Shown here: one piece after another, positions 48,541 through 57,070 of the stretch
Position numbering within the stretch: the stretch's first letter is position 1
How the letters are laid out: the number at the start of each line of letters is the position of its first letter
Source of the DNA: an uncultured virus (IMG/VR IMGVR_UViG_3300009130_000017)
Lineage: Duplodnaviria; Heunggongvirae; Uroviricota; Caudoviricetes
Length of the DNA stretch: 64,000 bases
Virus record (IMG/VR): IMGVR_UViG_3300009130_000017
Coordinates: 1 to 64,000 of that record
Strand: one strand, 5' to 3'
Notes under the pieces: model-generated
The model's database searches: none
Told to the model about the DNA's origin: nothing
Seen by the model: the letters and a program-made list of their open reading frames with translations, nothing else
Translations under genes and position numbers: made by a program

Positions 48541-51500
48541 ATGGCAGAGCAAACATTTAGATCCCCAGGTTTTTTCGAGCGCGAAATTGACGCGACCGCA
48601 AGAGAAACCTCAATCGTAGGCACTCCAGCAGGTGTTGTTGGAACCGCAGAAAAAGGTCCTGCATTCGTACCGGTAACGGTGGGAAGCATGACAGACTTTA
48701 TCAATAAGTTTGGCGATATTGATACGAATCGATTTGGTCCTTACGCTGTACAAGCATTCCTGGCCAACAGGACTGCTTTAACGTATATGCGGGTTTTGGG
48801 GGCTGGTGCAAATGAGAGCACCACCGATATTTCAAACACTCAAAATCTTGGCACTGTAAAAAATGCTGGATTTAAGATCGTTCCTGCGACATCGCAGTGG
48901 AACATTGATACCGCTAATGGTGGTGATGTAGGAAAGTACACCGACAGTTGCGTACAGTTTTTAGTGGCCAAACACTACGTTTCTGGTGCGACCGATTATT
49001 CTCACCCGATGTTCATTGATAACCCATCATTCAACATCTCTGGTGCAGGAACAGTTAATCTTGTTCGTGGTGTAATCTTTACCGCATCTGGAAGTCGTAT
49101 GCAGATTCTTGACATCGGTCAAGATTGGGCCGACAACCTTGATGCGCGCGCTGGCTTTACAAATGGTGGAAATCTTTTTGCGCTAGCAGTATCTTCATCT
49201 AGAGGTGGGGCTTACACATCGCAGTATGCTGCGACCGATAAGTACGGAAGAACGATCGCGGGACCAGGCGTAAAAATTATGACTGCATCGCTTGATCCTA
49301 CAAATAAGAATTACATCTCTAATATATTGAATACTGATCCCCTCAAGTTTTACGAGCATCAGCACCTTTTATATCTTGACTTTGCAGTTGAGGCTGAAAT
49401 TGCTGGCGTTGATGAGTCTGGTGGGGCATCCGCTGCTTATCCCCTTGGATTACTTTCTGGGTCAGGTGATAATCTTAATAATGCGCTTACCGGGGCATCA
49501 AGAAAAGCCCTAAGCGCATTCGGTCGCTTCGATACTAGATACACAACCGCAAAGACACCGCAGGTATTTTCGCAACCTTACGGTGGCACTGAATATCCCT
49601 TGGTTCACTTCGAGTCTCTTTCGGATGGTGAGTATGGAAGTAGTAACGTAAAGATTACTATAGCGAATCTACGGGCCTCTACGGATGGAAACTATCCATA
49701 CCCTGAGTTTGAAGTACAAGTTCGTAGGTTTGATGATTCCGATATGGACCCGCAAGTTTTGGAAACATATCCCGCTTGTAACCTCGATCCTACATCTGAA
49801 AACTTTGTTGCTCGAAGGATTGGTGACTATAAGGCACGGTATAACTTCGATGCTGAAAATGATGATGAAAAGAGAATTATCGTTACTGGTCGATATCCGA
49901 ACCTTTCGAATTTTGTTCGTGTAGTAATACACGAGTCAGTTTATAATCGCTTAGTTCCCAAAGATGCGTGCCCATTCGGCTTTAGCGGTGTCCCTGTTAT
50001 TAAGACATCAAACTCCATGACAGATTCTCCGAGGAGACGTCTTGAGATGGATGGTGTGTATTACGGCGCCGACGGTAGTGGCAGAATGTGGGGTGGCGGT
50101 GGATCATCGGCTGCTTCAGCTGGTCCATTGACAGGCTCTATTGTTCCCCCACTTCCGTTCCGCTTCAAGGTAACTCGTGGGAATGTTAAGAACAACTACA
50201 GTGGAATGGCTGGTGACCCAAGTTCAAGAGAGATTGTTGACCGCCGTCTAAACTGGGGTGTTAAGTGGAGCCGCTGTCCAGAAACGGGTAGTATGGCGTC
50301 TGCAAACCTCAATGTTAACGCATCAAACATCGCGAATCCGCTTATCAAGGCGTACACCAAGATGAATGGTATTGAGAAGCTTGATACGGTTACAACCGGA
50401 TCAGGTAGAGATGTTTTCAATGCGAACAAGTTCACATTGGCTCGAGTCGCTCTAGTTGGAACAGGTAGTAGTGGTCCTAATTTATTAACGTACGTTACAG
50501 GTACAGCGCAAGAGGTGATGAAAGAAGCATGCTATATTAGAAATGGTGTACCTGATTCGCAGACATATGCTGTTATGGATCCTGACAAGTCTGGCCAGGG
50601 CCGTGTAACTCTGGCAACACTGATTCAGTCCAGCTCAGTTAAGTTCAACCGATTCACTGCATATACTGCATTCAATATTCCGCTCTTTGGTGGATTTGAT
50701 GGTGTCAATATTCTTAATAGAGACATGTTCTACATGACAGATAGAGCGACTTCAACCGATGCAACGTCGGGTGGGTTAACCGGATTGGCTTCTGATGAGT
50801 TTAATCAAGGAACGATCGGTCTTGGTCCTAAGAACAGCGATGGTTCGATTACGAATCAGTCTGGTCAGGGCCGCTTGAACAACTATATCCAAGCTTATAG
50901 AAAAGCTGCTGAGATTATGACAGATCCAATGACCACAAGAATTAATCTTTTGGCCGTTCCTGGTATCCGTGATCCATATGTTACAGACCACGCAGCATTG
51001 AAGACGAAAGAATACTCCATGGCCATGTATGTAATGGATATTCCATCCTGGACTGAGAGTGAAACTCGTCTGTTCGGTGGTGAAGATAGCTCAAAGATTG
51101 CAAGCGCATCCTACTCATTACCAGATGTTAGAGAAACAGCTGAGCAGTTTGAGTCAAGAGTATTTGATAACAACTACACGGCAGCATATTTTCCAGATGT
51201 TTATATCACTGACAAGAACACGAATTCGAAAGTTCAGGTTCCAGCTTCTGTAGCCGTTATGTCCGCATTAGGGTATAACGATAAGGTCGCGTATCCCTGG
51301 TTCGCTCCAGCCGGTTTCAACCGCGGCGGACTTAGCATGGTAAGTAACACGTCCGTTAGACTGACAGCTGGTGATAGAGATGATTTATATGATGCGAGAG
51401 TTAATCCAATCGCGAACTTCTCGGATGGAAGCTTCGTAATATTTGGTCAGAAGACATGTCAACTAGCGAAATCAGCTCTTGACAGAGTTAATGTTCGAAG

Positions 51501-51795
51501 AATGTTACTTGAAGTTAAACGTCAAGTTGTTGCTATCGCTGACAAGATTCTATTCGAGCCTAACAATGACGCTACCAGAGCACGCTTCATCGGCCAGGTT
51601 ACACCACTCCTTGCGACTATTCAGTCCCAGCAAGGTATTGAATCCTTCAAGGTCGTGATGGATAACACTAACAACACATCAGAAGATGTTGAAAATAACA
51701 GACTAAATGGTCGCATCGTAGTCGTACCCACAAGAGCAATCGAATTTATTGCTATAGATTTTATCATAACAAATAGTGGTGTAGATTTTGCGTAG
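48541..51795 (+). CDS. Tail sheath protein 1 (1084 aa)
   Basis: SPGFFEREID, GTAEKGPAFVP, PWFAPAGFNRG, GQKT, SALDRVNVRR, LFEPN, PTRAIEFIAIDF. Confidence 0.93.
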   Translation: MAEQTFRSPGFFEREIDATARETSIVGTPAGVVGTAEKGPAFVPVTVGSMTDFINKFGDIDTNRFGPYAVQAFLANRTALTYMRVLGAGANESTTDISNTQNLGTVKNAGFKIVPATSQWNIDTANGGDVGKYTDSCVQFLVAKHYVSGATDYSHPMFIDNPSFNISGAGTVNLVRGVIFTASGSRMQILDIGQDWADNLDARAGFTNGGNLFALAVSSSRGGAYTSQYAATDKYGRTIAGPGVKIMTASLDPTNKNYISNILNTDPLKFYEHQHLLYLDFAVEAEIAGVDESGGASAAYPLGLLSGSGDNLNNALTGASRKALSAFGRFDTRYTTAKTPQVFSQPYGGTEYPLVHFESLSDGEYGSSNVKITIANLRASTDGNYPYPEFEVQVRRFDDSDMDPQVLETYPACNLDPTSENFVARRIGDYKARYNFDAENDDEKRIIVTGRYPNLSNFVRVVIHESVYNRLVPKDACPFGFSGVPVIKTSNSMTDSPRRRLEMDGVYYGADGSGRMWGGGGSSAASAGPLTGSIVPPLPFRFKVTRGNVKNNYSGMAGDPSSREIVDRRLNWGVKWSRCPETGSMASANLNVNASNIANPLIKAYTKMNGIEKLDTVTTGSGRDVFNANKFTLARVALVGTGSSGPNLLTYVTGTAQEVMKEACYIRNGVPDSQTYAVMDPDKSGQGRVTLATLIQSSSVKFNRFTAYTAFNIPLFGGFDGVNILNRDMFYMTDRATSTDATSGGLTGLASDEFNQGTIGLGPKNSDGSITNQSGQGRLNNYIQAYRKAAEIMTDPMTTRINLLAVPGIRDPYVTDHAALKTKEYSMAMYVMDIPSWTESETRLFGGEDSSKIASASYSLPDVRETAEQFESRVFDNNYTAAYFPDVYITDKNTNSKVQVPASVAVMSALGYNDKVAYPWFAPAGFNRGGLSMVSNTSVRLTAGDRDDLYDARVNPIANFSDGSFVIFGQKTCQLAKSALDRVNVRRMLLEVKRQVVAIADKILFEPNNDATRARFIGQVTPLLATIQSQQGIESFKVVMDNTNNTSEDVENNRLNGRIVVVPTRAIEFIAIDFIITNSGVDFA

Positions 51796-51830
51796 TATAG
51801 TTAAGAAGAGAATACAGGAGATTATTTCAA

Positions 51831-54800
51831 ATGGCTGAACTTACATTTAAGAGCCCGGGTGTTTCTACCAAAGAGATAGACCTTTCGGGTCCGACACAAA
51901 CCGGACCGAGCGGAGTACCAGCTGGAGTTATCGGAACAGCAGATCAAGGACGAGCATTTGTTCCAATAACAATGGCAACGTTCGCAGACTTTGTAGCTGA
52001 ATTTGGTAACACTGATGGCACAAAGTTTGGTCCTATGGCAATGAGACAATGGTTAACATATACTCAGGCTGGAACATATCTTAGAACCCTGGGTTGCGGT
52101 GATGGTAAGAAAAGGGAGTCGACAGGTGTCGTTACCAATGCTGGCTTCATAGTTGGTGAACAGTTACCGAAGGGTAACGGAATTCTTGGCGCCAATGTGT
52201 ACGCTGGCACAAGAAGTGGCGCGAACCCGGGCCCTCTCGGCAGAGCGCATTTTCTTGCAGTCTGTATGTCTGGTAGCAAAATGCCGAACTCTGATAAGAA
52301 TTACTTGCAAGAAGCAGGTCTTGAGTTAAGTGCTCCTGTCCTTCGTGGAGTTATTCTTGCAGCATCCGGTGTTTTACCCGCATTGAGCGCTTCTCGCGCC
52401 GCAGCGGGATCAGAGGGTACTCGTGGCACAGCTGGATATGGTGGTGGCCTTTTCTCAGGAAATAACCTTCCCCTTGGAGCTCCAACCGCACAGAATCTTG
52501 CCGCTGATACTGCATACGGGTCAGGTGGGACAAACAACGCTGGGTCCACACTCGGTGCCGTTGACATTGCTGGAGGAAAGCAAGAGTTTGTTCTTATGTT
52601 GAATGGGCACACTCATACAGATTCATTTCCTACAGTTATTACTGCTTCGTTTGACCCAACGGCTCCAAACTATCTTGGAAATGTTCTTAACACTGACCCC
52701 TTAGATGTTCAAAAAGCCGGCCATTATTTATATGCACATTGGCCAGTTTACCCTAACTTTGCCGTACCGACCGGCTCAAATTACATGGGTTATAACTATC
52801 AGCCCGCAGTTAATGCCGTGATTGGCTCTAGATTAACAAAGTACGAAGATATCGCTTTCCTTGTCACGTCTTCATTAGGAAGAAATGCCGGCAGCGCAAC
52901 GATTCCAGACTTTGAGGGATTCCGTGATAGATTCAGAACAGCACGTGCACCAAAAGTTATTTCACAGGCGTATGGTGGTTCTGAAAAAGATCTATTCCGT
53001 ATTTGGTGCTTGGACGATGGTGCCATTGGTAACCATCGCGTTAAGATTTCTATTGAGAATATCGTAAAATCAACAAACGTTAACAACAAATATTGCACAT
53101 TCGATCTTGCGGTTAGAGACTTTGAGGATACTGATGATCTTCCCGTGGTCATTGAGAAATTCCCTAAGCTCTCTCTTAATCCTCTCGATGAGAGATATAT
53201 CGCAAGAGTCATTGGTGATTACCACTTGTATTATGATTTCGATAAAAGGGCCGGTTCACAGAAGCTTGTTGTTGAGGGTTCTTACCCCAACCGCTCGAAC
53301 TATATTCGAGTTGAGCCAGTTGACGCATTAGACAAGGGAGAAATTCCCGCTGATGCTTTACCCTGCGGTTTCCGTGGTATTGATCACTTAGTAACATCAG
53401 GATCTAGTATCTTTAAGATGACATCTGCTGACTTCGCTCCAAACCTTGGTTCAGATACATTCCCAACCGCAAATATCGTACAGCCACCTATTCCATTCCG
53501 GTCTACGGTTTCAAGAGGAAAATCTCCTAGAAAAGTTCTCTCTTCCCAGCTTTACTGGGGTATCCAGTTTGAGGTGAAAGATAACATAGATGAGCCGAAT
53601 AAGAGCACAGTCATGGATACGTCCATCAAGAATTATGGAACGTATTTCCCAGACTTCAGGCAAGATCAGCAAGCAGCGATGGTTGGAGACAATGTCGGTA
53701 CAGCTGATAGTTCTGGTACCATATTTGATTGTGACCGTTTTAATAACAACAAATTCTCACTTGAAAATGTCCAAGTTGTTGTAACAGCGGCTGATAAAGC
53801 AGACTCCAACCAGTGGGCTGCTGCGACATATCGTCGAGCAGGCGCGGCAGAAAATATGGCAGATATTGACGGGTCAACAAAAACAACGGCTTCTGGACTC
53901 ACAAGACTTCTTAGCGTTGAAAAAGACTTTGGTCTTTCATCGGTTAGGAAATTCCTCAAGTTTACATTCATGGCCCAAGGCGGTTTCGACGGACTTAACA
54001 TCTTTGACAGAAATAAGTTCGACATGACCTCAACTGCCTGTAAGAGAGAGATGGACGACTCCACTCAGGGTGAAACCAGTGGACCGACTGTTGCAGCGTA
54101 TAGAAAAGCGCTAGATATTCTTGAGCAACGTTCAGATGTGAATATCCAGCTTCTAGCTATTCCAGGTATTAAGCACGAATCAGTTACAGATTATGCGATC
54201 ACGACTGTTGAAGATCGCTTTGATGCTCTTTATGTTATGGACATTGAGACAACGGACACCCTTGGTAACGTAGTTACGGGCTCAAATGAGATTGTTAGTG
54301 TAACCAACACGGTGGCAGATTTCACAAGTCGTAATCTCGACTCATCGTTCGCAGCCGCATACTTCCCAGATGTAATCATGGAAGAAGTTAATACAGGACA
54401 GAATGTTGTTGCCCCCGCAAGTGTTGCGGTCTTAGGTGCATTTGGTCTAAACGACAAGATTGCATATCCTTGGTTCGCGCCAGCTGGTTTCACTAGAGGT
54501 GCTCTTAAGCATGTTAGAGAAGCAAGTGTGAAGCTGAATAGAGGAAACTTAGATGCGCTATATGACGCTGATATTAACCCAATCACCGCATTCCCTCAAT
54601 CAAAGGAAGTCGTGGTTTTCGGCCAGAAGACACTTCTCGCAGCTCAAAGCGCTCTCGATCGTGTCAATGTTCGCCGCCTGTTAATCGATATTCGACGTCA
54701 GGTCCGAGCGATTGGAGATACATTCCTCTTCGAACCAAACAGGGAAGCAACTCTCGCGAGATTCTCCGCAGCTGTTAATCCGATTCTAGCCAGAATACAA

Positions 54801-54968
54801 CAACAGCAAGGTCTTGATAGGTTCAAGGTACAGATTGATGCAACCACAACAACACAGGCTGACATCGAGAACAACACAGTTAGAGGAAAGATATTCCTCC
54901 AGCCCACCCGTTCGGTCGAGTTTATATCACTAGATTTTGTGGTAACTAACGCCGGCATGGACATTTAA
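51831..54968 (+). CDS. Tail sheath protein 2 (1045 aa)
   Basis: SPGVSTKEID, PWFAPAGFTRG, GQKT, SALDRVNVRR, LFEPN, PTRSVEFISLDF; AGGAG SD. Confidence 0.93.
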   Translation: MAELTFKSPGVSTKEIDLSGPTQTGPSGVPAGVIGTADQGRAFVPITMATFADFVAEFGNTDGTKFGPMAMRQWLTYTQAGTYLRTLGCGDGKKRESTGVVTNAGFIVGEQLPKGNGILGANVYAGTRSGANPGPLGRAHFLAVCMSGSKMPNSDKNYLQEAGLELSAPVLRGVILAASGVLPALSASRAAAGSEGTRGTAGYGGGLFSGNNLPLGAPTAQNLAADTAYGSGGTNNAGSTLGAVDIAGGKQEFVLMLNGHTHTDSFPTVITASFDPTAPNYLGNVLNTDPLDVQKAGHYLYAHWPVYPNFAVPTGSNYMGYNYQPAVNAVIGSRLTKYEDIAFLVTSSLGRNAGSATIPDFEGFRDRFRTARAPKVISQAYGGSEKDLFRIWCLDDGAIGNHRVKISIENIVKSTNVNNKYCTFDLAVRDFEDTDDLPVVIEKFPKLSLNPLDERYIARVIGDYHLYYDFDKRAGSQKLVVEGSYPNRSNYIRVEPVDALDKGEIPADALPCGFRGIDHLVTSGSSIFKMTSADFAPNLGSDTFPTANIVQPPIPFRSTVSRGKSPRKVLSSQLYWGIQFEVKDNIDEPNKSTVMDTSIKNYGTYFPDFRQDQQAAMVGDNVGTADSSGTIFDCDRFNNNKFSLENVQVVVTAADKADSNQWAAATYRRAGAAENMADIDGSTKTTASGLTRLLSVEKDFGLSSVRKFLKFTFMAQGGFDGLNIFDRNKFDMTSTACKREMDDSTQGETSGPTVAAYRKALDILEQRSDVNIQLLAIPGIKHESVTDYAITTVEDRFDALYVMDIETTDTLGNVVTGSNEIVSVTNTVADFTSRNLDSSFAAAYFPDVIMEEVNTGQNVVAPASVAVLGAFGLNDKIAYPWFAPAGFTRGALKHVREASVKLNRGNLDALYDADINPITAFPQSKEVVVFGQKTLLAAQSALDRVNVRRLLIDIRRQVRAIGDTFLFEPNREATLARFSAAVNPILARIQQQQGLDRFKVQIDATTTTQADIENNTVRGKIFLQPTRSVEFISLDFVVTNAGMDI

Positions 54969-55011
54969 ATTAAGAGCTATATAGTTATCTAAGAACAAGG
55001 AGTAACACAAA

Positions 55012-55500
55012 ATGCCAGAGACACTATCAGTTACCGATATGTTGCCGAACAAGTTCGAGCCGAAGAGAAAATTTCGGTGGGTGTTCGCAATTGAAGGTAT
55101 TGACGCATTTTTGATCAAGACGGCTGCTCGCCCTACAATGAACACCGCTGAGGTTGAAATTCCCTTTATTAACTCTACCCGCTTTATTGCTGGTAAGACG
55201 AAGTTCGATGCTTTATCGGTTACGCTTCACGATCCAATCGCTCCTTCAGGTGCACAACAGGTTATGGAATGGGTACGTACCCACTATGAGTCTGTCTCTG
55301 GTCGTGGCGGTTACGCTGATTTTTACAAGCGCGATTGCCAGCTTAAGCTGCTAGATCCTGTTGGTACAGTGGTCGAACTTTGGGATATGAAAGGATGTTT
55401 CCTCACATCAGCTGCATTCGGTGATCTGGACTATGGTTCAGAAGACCCTGCAGAGATTTCATTGTCGATACGTTTTGATAACTGCGTACTACAATACTGA
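55012..55500 (+). CDS. Tail tube protein (T4 gp19-like)
   Basis: FEPKRKFRW, YKRDCQLKLLDPVGTVVELWDMKGCF, GDLDY; 162 aa directly after the sheaths. Confidence 0.88.
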   Translation: MPETLSVTDMLPNKFEPKRKFRWVFAIEGIDAFLIKTAARPTMNTAEVEIPFINSTRFIAGKTKFDALSVTLHDPIAPSGAQQVMEWVRTHYESVSGRGGYADFYKRDCQLKLLDPVGTVVELWDMKGCFLTSAAFGDLDYGSEDPAEISLSIRFDNCVLQY

Positions 55501-55523
55501 ACATCGGAAATCATTTCTATTAT

Positions 55524-55553
55524 AAAAAGAGCGTGTTATCACGCTCTTTTTTT
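55524..55553. terminator. Rho-independent terminator (possibly bidirectional)
   Basis: AAAAAGAGCGTG-TTAT-CACGCTCTTTTTTT. Confidence 0.88.
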
Positions 55554-55613
55554 GTTTACAGCTCATTTACCCGGTTTAAGATATCTTAACGTTGTTAAGC
55601 ATGAGGTGAATGT

Positions 55614-56477
55614 ATGTCAACTGAACAAGGCGGCGGCGGAGGCGGCCCTAGCGATAGAAGCGAAATATTTGGGTCAATGAAGGGTCACATGCCCACCCGA
55701 AATGTCATGAAGGATGATTTTGGGTTTGAGATCCCTGTTGAGGTTGTACCTCTCCCGTCAGGTGGAAAATGCTATGATGTTGAGCATCCGCTCCACGGCA
55801 AAAATACGGTCGAGATTAGAGCCATGACGGCCAGAGAAGAAGATATTCTGACGTCGAAAGCCCTGATTAAGAAGGGCACTGTTATTAGTCACTTGCTCAA
55901 GTCATGTATGATCGATAAACGAGTTAATCCAGACACTATGCTGGCTGGTGATAGAAATGCTCTAATGGTTGCAATGCGTGTAACAGGTTATGGTGCATCC
56001 TATAATGTAGAAGTTGATTGTCCTGCATGTAGCGAACGCTCTAAGCAATCGTTTAATCTTGGAGATCTTCCGATTAAGCGTTTAGAGATTGAACCTGTTA
56101 CAGCAGGAACAAATCTTTTCGAAGTTCAGCTCCCTGTTACAAAGGCTAAGTGTCGTTATAAGTTACTGACCGGTACAGATGAGCAGGATATCATGGTAGC
56201 ATCAGAAAGAAGAAAGAAGCAAGGACAGAGAAGCGAAAACCTTATTACTTCCCGGTTGCGCTCTTCTATTGTTTCAGTGAATGGTGTTCAAGATAGAACT
56301 AAGCTTGACATGTTTGTTTCGAGTCTCCCGGCAAGAGATTCTTTATTCTTAAGAAAGCATATTGACAATAACGAACCAGGTATTGATATGAAATCCTGGA
56401 TGGATTGTCCCGCTTGTCTTGAGCACTCGGAGGTTAGACTGCCCCTGGGGGCGGCGTTTTTTTGGCCTGACGAATAG
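55614..56477 (+). CDS. Tail/baseplate hub assembly chaperone (T4 gp26-like)
   Basis: VPLPSGG, RAMTAREEDIL, GDRNALMVAMR..GYG, two CPAC Zn motifs, ends LGAAFFWP; sits between tube and tape measure. Confidence 0.8.
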   Translation: MSTEQGGGGGGPSDRSEIFGSMKGHMPTRNVMKDDFGFEIPVEVVPLPSGGKCYDVEHPLHGKNTVEIRAMTAREEDILTSKALIKKGTVISHLLKSCMIDKRVNPDTMLAGDRNALMVAMRVTGYGASYNVEVDCPACSERSKQSFNLGDLPIKRLEIEPVTAGTNLFEVQLPVTKAKCRYKLLTGTDEQDIMVASERRKKQGQRSENLITSRLRSSIVSVNGVQDRTKLDMFVSSLPARDSLFLRKHIDNNEPGIDMKSWMDCPACLEHSEVRLPLGAAFFWPDE

Positions 56478-56721
56478 TACCAAAGAAATATTCCTTGAAC
56501 AGATTTTCTTGCTAATGTACTACATGGGGTTTTCCTATGTAGAAGGGTATAATTGCCCGATTTGGATGCGCCATTGGTTCATTAAGCGCCTTAATGATGA
56601 GATAAAGAAGTCTAACGGTAAGCAGTCATCTCATGCGGCCCACCAGAATAGTCCTGATGCAAGGGCGATGATGGGAAGATATCGTTCCCAAGTTCCTGCA
56701 AAATTGCGTAGATTTACATAG
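56458..56721 (+). CDS. T4 gp51-like chaperone extension, probably expressed by frameshift from 55614
   Basis: IFLLMYYMGFSYVEGYNCPIWMRHWFIKRL resembles gp51-type motifs. +1 frame relative to the upstream ORF; no convincing SD/start of its own; T7 run in the overlap. Confidence 0.65.
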   Translation, partial: FFGLTNSTKEIFLEQIFLLMYYMGFSYVEGYNCPIWMRHWFIKRLNDEIKKSNGKQSSHAAHQNSPDARAMMGRYRSQVPAKLRRFT

Positions 56722-56741
56722 TTATTGTAGAGGTGGTAAAA

Positions 56742-56990
56742 ATGGATCCAGTTAAACGACAGTTTCTGAAAGATTGCGCTAGATATATTCGCGGTGAGAT
56801 AACTGAAATTAGGCTTAATGGCCCAAAGAAGACAATAAAACTCTTTGCGCAAGCTCTGAAGGAGTCTAGAAATCTCTATACTGCGTTACACGCTGATAAA
56901 AAAATGTCAGATGTATTGCCAATCTTAGAATCCAAGAAATTTGCAACATCCAAGCTACGAAAAGCTACCGGGTTTGTGTGGCCTTTTTAA
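56742..56990 (+). CDS. Small basic hypothetical protein (82 aa)
   Basis: GAGGTGG SD before ATG 56742; ATAGTTA motif at 56718. Confidence 0.6.
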   Translation: MDPVKRQFLKDCARYIRGEITEIRLNGPKKTIKLFAQALKESRNLYTALHADKKMSDVLPILESKKFATSKLRKATGFVWPF

Positions 56991-57070
56991 TGGTTGTTTT
57001 TTATGGTGCGTAGATTTCTATTTACCATACTTATAGCAAGGCATTAGGCTGCGCACAGGGTGGTTATTAG

